64,000 bases of DNA from Microcoleus sp. (GCA_042408215.1 JAYFMW010000030.1:128001-192000), one strand, 5' to 3'; counted from the stretch's first letter, positions 9,563 through 20,140 are shown. Notes: a model not told the origin generated them from the letters alone. Numbers and translations: made by a program.

Positions 9563-11041
9563 CTATCTCTTCCAATATCTGCGCCAATGAAACAAATTTT
9601 CCCATAAATTACGCATAAAAGTATTGCTACGGAAACGCTGCAATTGCCAAGCAGCAGCAGTTTGCCCATTAATATCCGAAAAAGTAGGCCAAATATAAGG
9701 AAGTTCGGCGATCGCCTCAACCTTCAGCCCCTGACGCACAGCCAAAGCGATAACATGAATCAACTCAGCAGCATTTGGTCCCACAATACTCGCCCCCAAA
9801 ATCTCCCCGTTGCGCCGCCCAACAATCTTACAAAAACCAGTTATTTCACCGCACATTTGAGCCTTTTCAACATTCTTAAAATATTCCCGACTAACAATGA
9901 TATCATCTCTAAAACGGCGGATTGCTTGCGCTTCAGTCAAGCCCACCCTCGCCAACTGCGGGTCAGAAAAAATAGCCCAAGGAATCCCCCGATAATCTAT
10001 TTGAAACATCGGCAAAAACAAAGCATTTTTTACAGCAACGAAAGCTTCAGAATTGGCGATGTGAGGGAACGGATAACCCCCAGCAACATCACCACAAGCG
10101 TAAATGCGGGGATTAGTTGTTTGTAGTTTTTCATTTAAAATCAATCCCTGGTTATTGAATTTAACACCAGTCGCTTCTAGATTTAATGATTTAAAATTAG
10201 GTCGGCGGCCCGCTGCGAGAAAAATCTCCTCAGTTTCGATCGCCAAATCCCCCGCTTGAATCCACTTCTTCCCCTCAATCACCCTAGCTTGAGTCACCTC
10301 AGTCCCAGTCAAAATTCGCACCCCAGCCGCCTCCATTGCAGCCTGAACCAAGCTAGCAGCCTCTCGCTCCTCTTTCGCCAAAATGTGCGAACCCTTGACC
10401 ACAAGCGTCACAACTACCCCTAATCGAGCAAAAGTTTGAGCCACTTCCACACCGCTAGGATCGCCACCGATGACAGCCAAACTTTTAGGCTGTTTTTGCA
10501 GTTTTGCTAATTGCCCGACAGTTTCCGAAGTAAAATAACCAACAGACGAAAGTCCTTCAATATTGGGAATTGCCGGGAGAGTTGGACAAGCCAGTAAATA
10601 ACAGAGCGATCGCAATTTCCGCCCGCCCACAGCAAAAGCCAAATTTGGTTTTACCACAAACTCGCCGTTACCAAAAATAACATCGACCCCGCGAGCAGCT
10701 AAAACATCGAGAGAATTGATTTCTGACAAATTAGAAACAACACCTTGGGCCCACTTCATCACCCAGTCAAACCGCAATTCCACAGGCATTTGCGAATTAG
10801 CTGTTTCCCAGCCTATACCGAACTGTTGGCGACTGATATGTTGAGCAAATCGGCCACTCTGGCTCAAAGTTTGGTTGTATCTTAAACCCAAGTCGATCGA
10901 CTCTTGGCCTGCTGTTGGCAAATCTTGCGAATTACTGAACGGTTCCACCAAAGCAACGCGAGCTTGGAAATCAGTTGCAGTCAAAGCAGCATAGCGTGCG
11001 GCAGAAGTCCCACCAATTATTACTAAATCGTAGTCAATCAT
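9563..11041 (-). CDS. Pyridine nucleotide-disulfide oxidoreductase family flavoprotein (MerA/LpdA-like)
   Basis: YDLVIIGG, LAVIGG, TTNPRIYACGDV and the C-terminal dimerisation domain. Confidence 0.88.
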   Translation of the reverse strand: MIDYDLVIIGGTSAARYAALTATDFQARVALVEPFSNSQDLPTAGQESIDLGLRYNQTLSQSGRFAQHISRQQFGIGWETANSQMPVELRFDWVMKWAQGVVSNLSEINSLDVLAARGVDVIFGNGEFVVKPNLAFAVGGRKLRSLCYLLACPTLPAIPNIEGLSSVGYFTSETVGQLAKLQKQPKSLAVIGGDPSGVEVAQTFARLGVVVTLVVKGSHILAKEEREAASLVQAAMEAAGVRILTGTEVTQARVIEGKKWIQAGDLAIETEEIFLAAGRRPNFKSLNLEATGVKFNNQGLILNEKLQTTNPRIYACGDVAGGYPFPHIANSEAFVAVKNALFLPMFQIDYRGIPWAIFSDPQLARVGLTEAQAIRRFRDDIIVSREYFKNVEKAQMCGEITGFCKIVGRRNGEILGASIVGPNAAELIHVIALAVRQGLKVEAIAELPYIWPTFSDINGQTAAAWQLQRFRSNTFMRNLWENLFHWRRYWKR

Positions 11042-11370
11042 AAATTGTTATTAGTTATTAGTTATTAGTCATTAGTCATTAGTTATTAGTTATTAGTTAT
11101 TAGTCATTGGTCATTAGTCATTAGCTGTGTTATTTTTAATTAGTTTTTACGCCACATCATATCAAATCAAATCAAATTCGCTAGCATCGTCCTGGCAAAG
11201 TCGAGTCAAGTGGCCACCAAAGCATAAGCGCAATTTTCAGTTTTTCGACTCACTGTCAACCGTCAACCGTCAACTGTAAACAATCATGTCTGAGTGCAAC
11301 CGGAATCGAGATCACCAATAACTAATAACTAATAACTAATAACTAATGACTAATGACTAATGACTAATGA

Positions 11371-12636
11371 CTAATGACTAAGGACTTCTGCAAGTCCAGC
11401 AATCAGCCGCAGATTGTCAGCCCGATCGCGCACAGCCACCCGAAAAAACCGATCGCCCAACTCAGGAAAACTCAGACAATCCCGAATCAAAATCCGGTGA
11501 CGTTCCAGCAGACTTTGTTGAATCAGAGAAACCGACAGCGACGACTCAACCAACAAAAAATTAGCCGCACCGGGAAACGGCTGCAAACCCGGTAAATTAG
11601 CCAAACCCTCAAACAGCTCTCTTCGTGCCCTAGGTAGCCAATCCCAAGTTTGCCGCTCAAACACAGCATCTCGCACCACAGCAGCAGCCGCCGCCGCCGC
11701 CAAAGCATTCACAGGCCAAGGATCGCGCTGCAACTGCCAGCGGCGAAGTCGATCGGGATGGGCGATCGCACAGCCCAACCGCAGTCCCGGCAGAGAATAG
11801 AATTTAGTGAGCGATCGTAAAATCACCAAATTCGGAAACTCCGCCACAGCACCGATCAAACTCTCCTGTTGTTCCGGCGGTAGAAAGTCCATAAAAGCCT
11901 CATCTACCACCACCAGGGCCAATTGCTCCACATAAGGCCTAATCGCCTCCTGACTGAACAGCAAACCCGTAGGATTGTGCGGATTATTCAGCAGCAAACC
12001 TCGAAATGATGTTGCACCATTCTCAATTACTTGTTTAGGAACAGGCAAGATGCCTGTTCCACAAGAAAATTCATCTCTTGTGGAATGGGCATCTTGCCCG
12101 TTCGATTTGAGATCCAACCCAGATGTTGCACCATTCTCAATTACTTGTTTGGGAACAGGCAAGATGCCTGTTCCACAAGAAAATTCATCTCTTGTGGAAT
12201 GGGCATCTTGCCCGTTCTTGACAATGGTGCAAGATGTGAGATCTAAAGGACAATCCAGCACCTTCGCGCCGAAAGCCAAAAGAGCCCGCCAGTAATCACC
12301 AAAAGCCGGAGTCACCAAATAAGTCGCCTCCAGCTTCGACAAATCAAGAGCCGCCCAAGTCAACAATTCCGCCGAACCATTCCCCGGCAAAATCCAATCC
12401 GGGTCAACATTCAAAGCCTCACCCAAAGCAGCCCTTAGCTCTCCATAATCCGGGTCTGGGTAAGCCGTCAGACAGCTCAGGTGAGCTTGAATCGCATCGA
12501 GAGCCGACTTAGGAGGGCCCAAAGGACTGATACTCGCAGAAAAATCGAGAATAGCAGAAGCAGGGCAGCCAGCCAGTGTGGCAGCCCAAGCTAAATTTCC
12601 CCCGTGCACAGGTCTAATCAAGGCTCTGTTCGCCAA
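11371..12636 (-). CDS. cobD: Threonine-phosphate decarboxylase (PLP), with in-frame repeat insertion
   Basis: HGGN, DFSASISPLG, GNGSAEL, NNPHNPTG, VDEAFMDF, RSLTKFYSLPGLRLG. Confidence 0.9.
   Translation of the reverse strand: MANRALIRPVHGGNLAWAATLAGCPASAILDFSASISPLGPPKSALDAIQAHLSCLTAYPDPDYGELRAALGEALNVDPDWILPGNGSAELLTWAALDLSKLEATYLVTPAFGDYWRALLAFGAKVLDCPLDLTSCTIVKNGQDAHSTRDEFSCGTGILPVPKQVIENGATSGLDLKSNGQDAHSTRDEFSCGTGILPVPKQVIENGATSFRGLLLNNPHNPTGLLFSQEAIRPYVEQLALVVVDEAFMDFLPPEQQESLIGAVAEFPNLVILRSLTKFYSLPGLRLGCAIAHPDRLRRWQLQRDPWPVNALAAAAAAAVVRDAVFERQTWDWLPRARRELFEGLANLPGLQPFPGAANFLLVESSLSVSLIQQSLLERHRILIRDCLSFPELGDRFFRVAVRDRADNLRLIAGLAEVLSH
12008..12238. repeat. Tandem 114-bp palindromic element inside cobD
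   Basis: Two near-identical units starting at 12008 and 12122; outer inverted repeat ttgcaccatt/aatggtgcaa. Confidence 0.9.
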
Positions 12637-12927
12637 TTATTTAGGTTCTTTCGGCGGTGCAACTCTGTCCTTGAACAACTTCCCTGCGGAAAACGCAGGA
12701 ACTCTGGTAGCCGGGATTTCCATCTTGTCACCAGTTTTGGGATTGCGCCCCTCACGGGCTTTACGTTCCCGCGACTCAAACGAGCCAAAACCAACCAGCG
12801 TCACTTTATCGCCATCGGAGACAGCTTCCATGATTGCTTCGAGGGCAGCACTCAAAACAGCATCGGCCTGTTTTTTCGTCACGCTAGCCTTTTCCGCGAC
12901 TGCATCAACCAATTCACCTTTATTCAT
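12637..12927 (-). CDS. hup: DNA-binding protein HU
   Basis: MNKGELVDAVA...GFGSFE...REGRNPKTG; start moved to ATG 12927. Confidence 0.95.
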   Translation of the reverse strand: MNKGELVDAVAEKASVTKKQADAVLSAALEAIMEAVSDGDKVTLVGFGSFESRERKAREGRNPKTGDKMEIPATRVPAFSAGKLFKDRVAPPKEPK

Positions 12928-13387
12928 TACGAACTCCTTCTGGATTTGCAAAATACGTTCAACAGAGTTCAACTATTAGCTGTGAGCGATCAACTGGATT
13001 GGGGTCTGGCTTGAGAGGTTTGGGTGGTTCCCGATCGCTCCCGTCCGCTTCCCCGAATAATAACTCCTGCTGAATACCAATTACCCTAGGGTAATTGGTC
13101 AGAAAAGGAATTTTTATTTCTAATTGCTGAAAACCCCACAGCATCTAATTTTCACTGCATTATTCTAAAGTCTTGCCGACCCTTATGGATCGGTGGAACC
13201 TTTAATTTATATGGAACTTGCCAACTTTTTTGAATTAATCCCGAAATTTAGGTACAAAAACACCACCTCAGAGAGAAGATTTCTCACCTCGGTGGATTTG
13301 AAATCAGAAAACAGGAAAAACAGAAAGAACAAAGTGTCATTTGTCAAGGGCTAAAGGAAAAAAGTTTTCCCTCTTCCTTCTTTGTAC

Positions 13388-13548
13388 CCTGAGCGTAGTC
13401 GAAGGGCCTTCGATGGTGCGTGCGTAGTCGAACACTTCGACTAAGCGAGCGTGCGCCGCCACACTCAGGAACCGCTACTCGTGCTGCCCTTCGACTACGC
13501 GAGCGGGGCCACCACGTACCCGCTCGCGTAGTCGAAGGGCTCAGGATA
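13388..13548. repeat. Cluster of cttcgactacgc/gcgtagtcgaag palindromic repeats
   Basis: Several inverted copies; same motif at 16846-16861 and 21562-21580. Confidence 0.7.
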
Positions 13549-13740
13549 CCGCAACTGACTAATGACTAATGACTACTGACTAATGACTACTGACTAATGA
13601 CTAATGACTAATGACTACTGACTAATGACTACTGACTATTGACTACTGACTAATGACTACTGACTAATGACTACTGACTAATGACTACTGACTAATGACT
13701 ACTGACTAATGACTACGGACTAATGACTACTGACTACTGA

Positions 13741-16179
13741 CTACTGCCTCGGTTGGACGGGCTGACTCCGCTGCAACAGTTGGCGCGCGTCGGGACTGAT
13801 ACTGTTTTGATAGCCAAAGTTCGATCGATCGCTATCATCCAAAATCTGCGGTGTCAGCAGTACAATCACTTCCGCCCGCTGGTTGATTTTATCAGTGCTC
13901 CTGAACAGCGAACCGATAATCGGCAAATCTCCTAAAATCGGAATCTTGCTCGCTGTAACCCGTTCTTGGTCGCGGATGATCCCCGATACAATCAAAGTCT
14001 GACCGTCCCGCAGGCGAATTAGCCCCGACTGCAAAGAGCGCTCTTGCAGCAGGGTGATACTGTTACTGTCTCCGCCAGTGGTGAGGTTTTGAGGCGGGCC
14101 GACAGCACTGACGATCGGGTTTACTCGCAGAGAGACAAAACCGTTATCATCAATTCGATCGATCACCACTCCCAACTGCAAACCGGCCTTGCCTTTTTCG
14201 GCCGTCACTGTTCTGGTAGTTTGACCTGCGGTTGACTGCGTTTCCGACTTGATGTTAGTAACCACCTCTTCAGTGATATTCACATTCGCCGTTTCCCCTT
14301 CTTGGACAACCAGAGTCGGGTCAGTCAGGATTTTGGCGTTGTTGGTGGTAATACTCGCCTGCAAGTTAGACAAAAACCGCTTCGGATATTGAAACAGCGG
14401 GAACTGACTGAAAACCGCACTTCCCACAGCCGTCAGCGCTCCAGTTGTGATGTCTCTGGTAAAGGGCGTGTAATCGCTAACCCCAACTCGCGCGGGATCG
14501 TTAGTTATGGGAGCTGTCGGTTGGACAAACAAGCCGCCGCCTGGAGATGTTAGTGGCACGTTAATTAGCTGGCCGCTCGGATCGTAGAAAGGCGTCCTGT
14601 ATTGTGTGGGAATGTCTCGGTTTTCAATAATCGGCCGATTAACTATGCCACTAGTTACAGCCGTGGCATTGGGCGGATTGATGCCGCCAAAATTGACGAT
14701 CGCAGCCCCGCCGTCATTGACAAAGAAACTATCATTAATCCCGAAGGAGAAGCTAGTATTTGTTTTATTGTCTCCCGACAAGTTGATATCGATCACCTTG
14801 ACATTGACAGCCACTTGACGGCGGCGCAGATCTAGTTGCGTCAAGAAAGCTACGGCGATATCAATTTTACGCGGGTCGCCCACCAAAGTGATCGAATTGA
14901 GGCGAGAATCCGCCAGCACCGACAGTCCCCTCAACAATAGTGGCCCATTGCCATCCTTAGCGCCGATCGCCTTAATATCCGGTTCCCGAATTTCCACATC
15001 CCGCGCCGTAGTTCCCTGGCCCACGGTTTGAATACTAACCCGAGTAATCGGCAGTTGAGTTTCCGCACCTTGAGCGCTCAAAAAGTTAGCCGCATCCGTA
15101 GACTTAACTTGATTGAGCCGCAGAGTCCGAACAATAATATTCCGGGAATCAAGTGGCAGATTAGCCCCTACAAAAATCGTCCGCCCCACCCGATTAGCTT
15201 GCAGCCCACTGAGGCGGAGCACGTAATTAAAAACATCTTGCACCGACTCATTTTCGATATCCAAAGAAATCTTCGGCCCTTCATCCGAGCCTCCTGCACC
15301 CGCTGCCGGTGCCGCCGCCTGCTGGCCGGGCTGAGCAGGCGCCCCGCCACTTGTAAAAGCAATGTTCAAGCCCGCAGCACGAGCCAGCAGAGCCAAGACG
15401 TCCCTAACTGGGGCATCCCTTAGTACCAACCGGGGAATACGTTCTCCCGAACTCAGCTCAATATTTCCCGCCGCCGGAGCGATGTTAGAAACGGCGATAT
15501 CTCCTAGGGGCGGAGCAACTGCTCGCGGTTGGAAAGGCGGGGCCTGATTTGTCTGAGATTGAATCTCGCTGGGTAAGGGCGGGCGATCGTTCCTAGTAAT
15601 CGTAACTTCGGGATTTGGCAGTACCGTATTGGGGTTTTGAGACGTGCGGACTTGGGGGGCGGGCTGGGGAGCTGTTTGGCTCAGTGGCAGGCCTGGTGGT
15701 GGCGGTGGGGCCGTTTGGTTCAGTCTTGGTGAGCCCGGCAGTGCAGCTTGAGTAGACTGCGGTGTGCCGCCCTGTCTTGACACGCTGAGGACGATGCCAC
15801 TGCCTTCTCCCTGAACGATTTGTCCGCTGGGAACGCCGTTAGTGCCTGTCACCATCACCCGGATGCTGTTAGCGTCTACCGGGGTGACTTCTACTGAAGA
15901 AATGCCCGGAGCGGGGTTTTCTTGGCGAAAGGCATTGCCTTGGGGCAAGCGGAGCTGGGTATTGATGATTGTGGCTTGGTAAGTATTGCCGTTATTAATT
16001 GCGAAAACTTGCGGGCGATCGCCCTTTTCGGTCGCCAGCACAATATTTACGCCATTATTGGCTTGACTTATTTGCACTCCTGTGACTTGAGTCGGCGCGG
16101 CCCAAACCGGGGCTTGCGCTACCAGAACTCCGGCAACGCTGCCCAAGAGTCCTCCACTTAATCGTAGATGCTTTTTCAC
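13741..16179 (-). CDS. pilQ: Type IV pilus secretin with AMIN domain
   Basis: Signal peptide, AMIN-like N-terminus, secretin C-terminus KIPILGDLPIIGSLFRS...EVIVLLTPQI. Confidence 0.92.
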   Translation of the reverse strand: MKKHLRLSGGLLGSVAGVLVAQAPVWAAPTQVTGVQISQANNGVNIVLATEKGDRPQVFAINNGNTYQATIINTQLRLPQGNAFRQENPAPGISSVEVTPVDANSIRVMVTGTNGVPSGQIVQGEGSGIVLSVSRQGGTPQSTQAALPGSPRLNQTAPPPPPGLPLSQTAPQPAPQVRTSQNPNTVLPNPEVTITRNDRPPLPSEIQSQTNQAPPFQPRAVAPPLGDIAVSNIAPAAGNIELSSGERIPRLVLRDAPVRDVLALLARAAGLNIAFTSGGAPAQPGQQAAAPAAGAGGSDEGPKISLDIENESVQDVFNYVLRLSGLQANRVGRTIFVGANLPLDSRNIIVRTLRLNQVKSTDAANFLSAQGAETQLPITRVSIQTVGQGTTARDVEIREPDIKAIGAKDGNGPLLLRGLSVLADSRLNSITLVGDPRKIDIAVAFLTQLDLRRRQVAVNVKVIDINLSGDNKTNTSFSFGINDSFFVNDGGAAIVNFGGINPPNATAVTSGIVNRPIIENRDIPTQYRTPFYDPSGQLINVPLTSPGGGLFVQPTAPITNDPARVGVSDYTPFTRDITTGALTAVGSAVFSQFPLFQYPKRFLSNLQASITTNNAKILTDPTLVVQEGETANVNITEEVVTNIKSETQSTAGQTTRTVTAEKGKAGLQLGVVIDRIDDNGFVSLRVNPIVSAVGPPQNLTTGGDSNSITLLQERSLQSGLIRLRDGQTLIVSGIIRDQERVTASKIPILGDLPIIGSLFRSTDKINQRAEVIVLLTPQILDDSDRSNFGYQNSISPDARQLLQRSQPVQPRQ

Positions 16180-16392
16180 GTTCGCTCCTCAACTAGAATT
16201 GATTATTTGTTCGCGGTATGCAGTCAGAAACTGCCTTTGTTATTTGTTATTTGTTATTTGTTGTTTGTTATTTGTTGTTGGTTATTTTTTCTGGGTTATG
16301 TGTTATTTGTTAGCTGCTCCCAATAACTAATAACTAATAACCCATAACCAATCACCAATCACCAATCACCAATAACTATTTATTTTGCACTT

Positions 16393-17238
16393 TTAAGGTT
16401 TAGGAGTTGCCGCTCCGGCAGGACTCGCGGCAGGAGTCGGCGGTTTTTCCTCTTGTTTTAACGGCAGTAATGCGTGCAAGTCAAAAGTAGTTTTGATTTG
16501 AGCTTGCGGCTGCACCACGGGGACTATTTTACCCTTCAGAAAATCCACTTCTACTGTCGGATTTGATACCAGCAATTCAGATTTCAAATTTCTCACCACC
16601 AACAGCGACTGCATCAATTCCAAGTTACGCATAAAGTTGCGGGTTTGAGCAAAATTGCCTTCAAACTCTACCTTATATTTTTTGCGTCTGAGCTTGCCAG
16701 CCAGAGATGGCCCGAAAGACGTATCTTTCAGAATATCAGGGTCTACGGCTCCCGCCACGGCGGCAGGTGCGACGGCGGGCAAGATATCTGGCTCAAATTT
16801 TGTGAGTTTAGCTTTGTCCTCGTCCCCTTGCACGCCCACGCGGTCAGTGAGCGTAGTCGAACTGTTGATTTTGTTAACCAGTTGAGTCATGTCCAGCAAC
16901 AGCGTGTTGGCGCTCGCGTCGCTGGCAAACATTGCCGTCACTTCGACTAGGCGTTGTTTTGCTTCTTCTTGCTTTGTTTCTGCTTCTGCCCTTTTTTGAA
17001 TTTGAGCTTGCAGTTGCAGTTGCGTTTGTTTGCCCTCGCTAATTTTTTGCTTGATTTCGCCACTTTTCTGGATTTCTGGCAGCACAAACTGGTAGGCGAT
17101 GCCGCCGGCAACTACGATCCCAAGAACGGCGATGGCTATTGCTTGGACTTGGGGTGTCAGCTTAATCCCGAATAGTTCCTTAGCTGACGACTCTTCTGCT
17201 TGTTCTCCGCCAGGAATAAACTCATTTGCTGCTGTCAT
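16393..17238 (-). CDS. pilO: Type IV pilus assembly protein PilO
   Basis: TM plus coiled coil, EGNFAQTRNFMRNLE; position in the pilMNOQ operon. Confidence 0.85.
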   Translation of the reverse strand: MTAANEFIPGGEQAEESSAKELFGIKLTPQVQAIAIAVLGIVVAGGIAYQFVLPEIQKSGEIKQKISEGKQTQLQLQAQIQKRAEAETKQEEAKQRLVEVTAMFASDASANTLLLDMTQLVNKINSSTTLTDRVGVQGDEDKAKLTKFEPDILPAVAPAAVAGAVDPDILKDTSFGPSLAGKLRRKKYKVEFEGNFAQTRNFMRNLELMQSLLVVRNLKSELLVSNPTVEVDFLKGKIVPVVQPQAQIKTTFDLHALLPLKQEEKPPTPAASPAGAATPKP

Positions 17239-18158
17239 GGTTTTTTCACCTCTCCTTTTTGTTCGCCTTTTGGTGGTAGCACTCCTTTTTCTTGAAGTGT
17301 TTCTATCCGTATGGCCAGCCCATCTGCTTGCTGACTCCGCAGTTCTGGGAGCAACTCGGAGGCAACAGTTGGACTGAGGCTGGTTTCAATTTTATATTCC
17401 ACCACCGGCCGCAGTTTGGGAAGTTCTACAGTCCCTGCTGCACTTTGGTTGCGTACTTGTACTTGTGTGGGGTTGTTTTTTAAGGTCGCTGCTACCAGTC
17501 TGGTGTCAGTATTCAGGAAGAAAGGAGAGCGCTGGATTAGCAGCATAAAGTCGTTAACTTGATCGAAGGTACTGGCTATCCCAGAAATTACTACCTTTGC
17601 TCCCTGGGGTGGGGCAACGGGGGTGGGAGCAGCCACCGGGGTAGGGCTGGCTGCTGGGGACGGACTCGCCCCTGGGGACGGGCTCGCTGCGGGGGTGGCT
17701 GCGGGCGGAGGGGGTGGTGCTGCTGCTACTGGGGAGGGACTGGGGTCGATTTGTTCGATTTTGGCAATTTGTACTCCGGTGGGAGTGCGGGTACTTAGGT
17801 CTTGCAGCATTGCCGACCAAGGTTTAATTTGGTCGAATACTCCTGCTAATGCTGTGTACTCGGCGGTAACTTTTGCGGTTTCGGCGTTGATGGCGTTGAT
17901 GGTACTTGCTTGAGTGTTTAATTTGGCAACTTCTTGGTCTAGGGCTGCTTGTTCTCCTGCTAAGTTGGTATTGCCATTAGTCACCCACCACCATCCGCCT
18001 ATGACTGCGGCGTTGATGCCGAGGGCAAATATGGCTGCCCCAATTAGCGGCAGTTGGTCTTTGGCTGAGCCGGAACTCGCTTTCGATGGGCTTTTTTCGG
18101 CTGCTACGGGTTTGTAGTCCGGGCGGTCATTGAGGAAATTAATATCTAGACTGTACAT
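17235..18158 (-). CDS. pilN: Type IV pilus assembly protein PilN
   Basis: MYSLDINFLNDRP (INxL PilM-binding motif), KPWSAMLQDL. Confidence 0.9.
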   Translation of the reverse strand: MYSLDINFLNDRPDYKPVAAEKSPSKASSGSAKDQLPLIGAAIFALGINAAVIGGWWWVTNGNTNLAGEQAALDQEVAKLNTQASTINAINAETAKVTAEYTALAGVFDQIKPWSAMLQDLSTRTPTGVQIAKIEQIDPSPSPVAAAPPPPPAATPAASPSPGASPSPAASPTPVAAPTPVAPPQGAKVVISGIASTFDQVNDFMLLIQRSPFFLNTDTRLVAATLKNNPTQVQVRNQSAAGTVELPKLRPVVEYKIETSLSPTVASELLPELRSQQADGLAIRIETLQEKGVLPPKGEQKGEVKKP

Positions 18159-18213
18159 TGGACCCTCGATTTGAGATTTTAAATCGGTTTTTCTATCATT
18201 GAAAATTGTTAGG

Positions 18214-19308
18214 TCAAAGAACCTCCCTCAGTCCTAAACCTAAGGCTACTCCTAAACCTGCTCGCTGTTCAGGGGTAATTTCTTCGCTGATTTCGAGTCC
18301 TAGGGTTTCGATGGGATCGACTTGAGAGGCGGGCAAACTTAATCTTTGCATGAAAAATTCATCGAGTTTGCCGATCGCAGCTCCTGGTCCTGCTAACAGT
18401 AATTGCGCTACTTCTAGTTCTTCGCTCTGGTTGAGATAAAAGTCTATGGAGCGACGCAGTTCGTCTGCTAGTTCTCCCAATACTTTAATCATCGCATTTG
18501 TGCCTGGGTTGGCATCTCCCGATATCCCCATTGTATCTGTGACTGGCAGGGTCATGCCTTGCAGTTCGCTGGTGTCTCTCGTTGGCGGCAGGTTCATGGC
18601 TTCGTTGAGGGCGGTCTGGATTTGGTAAGTGCCGATCGGGATGGTACGGTTGAAATGGGGTATGCCGTCCACTACTATAGCTAACTCGGTACTGTCAAAT
18701 TCTATGGCGGCGAGGACTGCCGCTTCTTGGGACGAAAATTGTTGCAGTTGGTCTTTGAGGGTGCGGATTAGGGCAAAACTGGTTACTTCTAGTACATCTA
18801 TGATCAGTCCGGCTTCTTTGAAGGTTTCGAGGTACGTGTCGGTAACTTCTCTGCGAGTTGCTACTAGCACAACTTGGACTTTTTCAACGCCATCTTCATC
18901 GACAAATAAGCCGATTTTTTGATAGTCTACGTCGGCATCTTCTCTGGGGAAGGGTAAGTAAAGTCCTGCTTCTGTGTTCATGTATTCCCGCAGTTCTTGA
19001 TCGTTGAGTTCTGAGGGGACTGGGATGAGGCGGATGACAGCTTCTCTACCGGGAATGGCTGTGGCTACGTGCTTGGCTTTGATTTTGTGGTCGGCGAAGA
19101 CTGAACGTATTAGTTCTGCCATTCCTGGCGGATCGACTATTTGCCCCTCTTGTACTATGTCTTCTGGAACTTCTATTGAGGCTAGGGTGGCTAGTTTTAA
19201 TGCCTGACCTTTCTTTTCGATCCCAATGATGTTGATGCGGTCTGGGGCTAATTCGATACCGATTCCTGGCTTGCGTTTAGAAAGTAGACTTTTGAAAAAG
19301 TTAACCAT
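18214..19308 (-). CDS. pilM: Type IV pilus assembly protein PilM
   Basis: Actin-like fold motifs GIELAP, EAGLYLPFPRE, ELRRSIDFY. Confidence 0.93.
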   Translation of the reverse strand: MVNFFKSLLSKRKPGIGIELAPDRINIIGIEKKGQALKLATLASIEVPEDIVQEGQIVDPPGMAELIRSVFADHKIKAKHVATAIPGREAVIRLIPVPSELNDQELREYMNTEAGLYLPFPREDADVDYQKIGLFVDEDGVEKVQVVLVATRREVTDTYLETFKEAGLIIDVLEVTSFALIRTLKDQLQQFSSQEAAVLAAIEFDSTELAIVVDGIPHFNRTIPIGTYQIQTALNEAMNLPPTRDTSELQGMTLPVTDTMGISGDANPGTNAMIKVLGELADELRRSIDFYLNQSEELEVAQLLLAGPGAAIGKLDEFFMQRLSLPASQVDPIETLGLEISEEITPEQRAGLGVALGLGLREVL

Positions 19309-19493
19309 GTGATTGGGTGGTTGGTAAACAAGGGGAAGGGGAAGGAGGGGGAATGGGGGTTGCGGGAAGATTCAGCAGTTAGGTGTGGGAAGGTTTGTTA
19401 CCCAAATAAGTCGTGCTGAAAACTGGGTATCCCGAAGTGGCTGCGCTCTTGATGAGGCGGTTGGTGTTTGGCCATCGCTGTTTGTGATTTTAT

Positions 19494-19922
19494 CAGAAAA
19501 TTGGGTTGAAAACCCCGTCCTTATAGGACGGCTTTTTGATAGAATAGACATGGTTGTAATTCCCAAGGTGGGCGGTTGTGAAGCGGCTTTTAGTCGGCAC
19601 CCTTGAACCTGAAAGCTTTTTGAAAGCACAAAGAAGGGTAGCGAAAACCTTGTAAAACAGAGCTGGGGAATCAACGCATTCTCACGCACCAGAAAATCAA
19701 TAATTTGTTTCACAATTCCCCTAGGGTGGGGCACACCCGAACTCGCTTGTTCGTATCAAGCGTACGCTTTTGGAGATAGACCCTCTGGGGTGGTTGTGAG
19801 TTAAGCTCGTCAATTGGTGCAATTGCACGGTTGAAAAGTTTAAGGATTGCCGCAAGGACACAGCGCTTAAAGGTCAGTCGATGAATTAAGAATCCCCGTG
19901 CGTTAACGCCGGGGAGTGTCAA
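19494..19922 (+). mobile_element. Miniature non-coding IS200/IS605 derivative retaining a right-end/omegaRNA-like region
   Basis: Follows TTAT; left hairpin gaaaaccccgtccttataggacggcttt; ends aagaatccccgtgcgttaacgccggggagtgTCAA, like the two tnpB elements. Confidence 0.75.
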
Positions 19923-19974
19923 GCTATCCAATTTACCTGAGCATAGCAATTCTCCTGCGAAAGTCAACCAATTC

Positions 19975-20140
19975 ATACCAATTTTTTATGAAGCTGCATA
20001 GAATTTGATCCCCCCTAACCCCCCTTAATAAGGGAGTAGGGTGTGAGTAGGGGGTGGGACAAGATTCCGATCTTTCGTCCCGCTTATTAAGGGGGATGCG
20101 AGGGGGATCGAGATATCTGCAACGACCCATTAAATTGGTA
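19975..20140. repeat. Palindromic dispersed repeat (cccccctaaccccccttaa...ttaaggggg family)
   Basis: Outer inverted repeat ataccaattt/aaattggtat; related copies at 49232-49310 and 58977-59100. Confidence 0.7.

Noticed and set aside
9211..9720. ORFs with STVNSQQ / GIGHWAL repeats
   Set aside because: Read-through of heptamer STRR tracts and intron domains V-VI.
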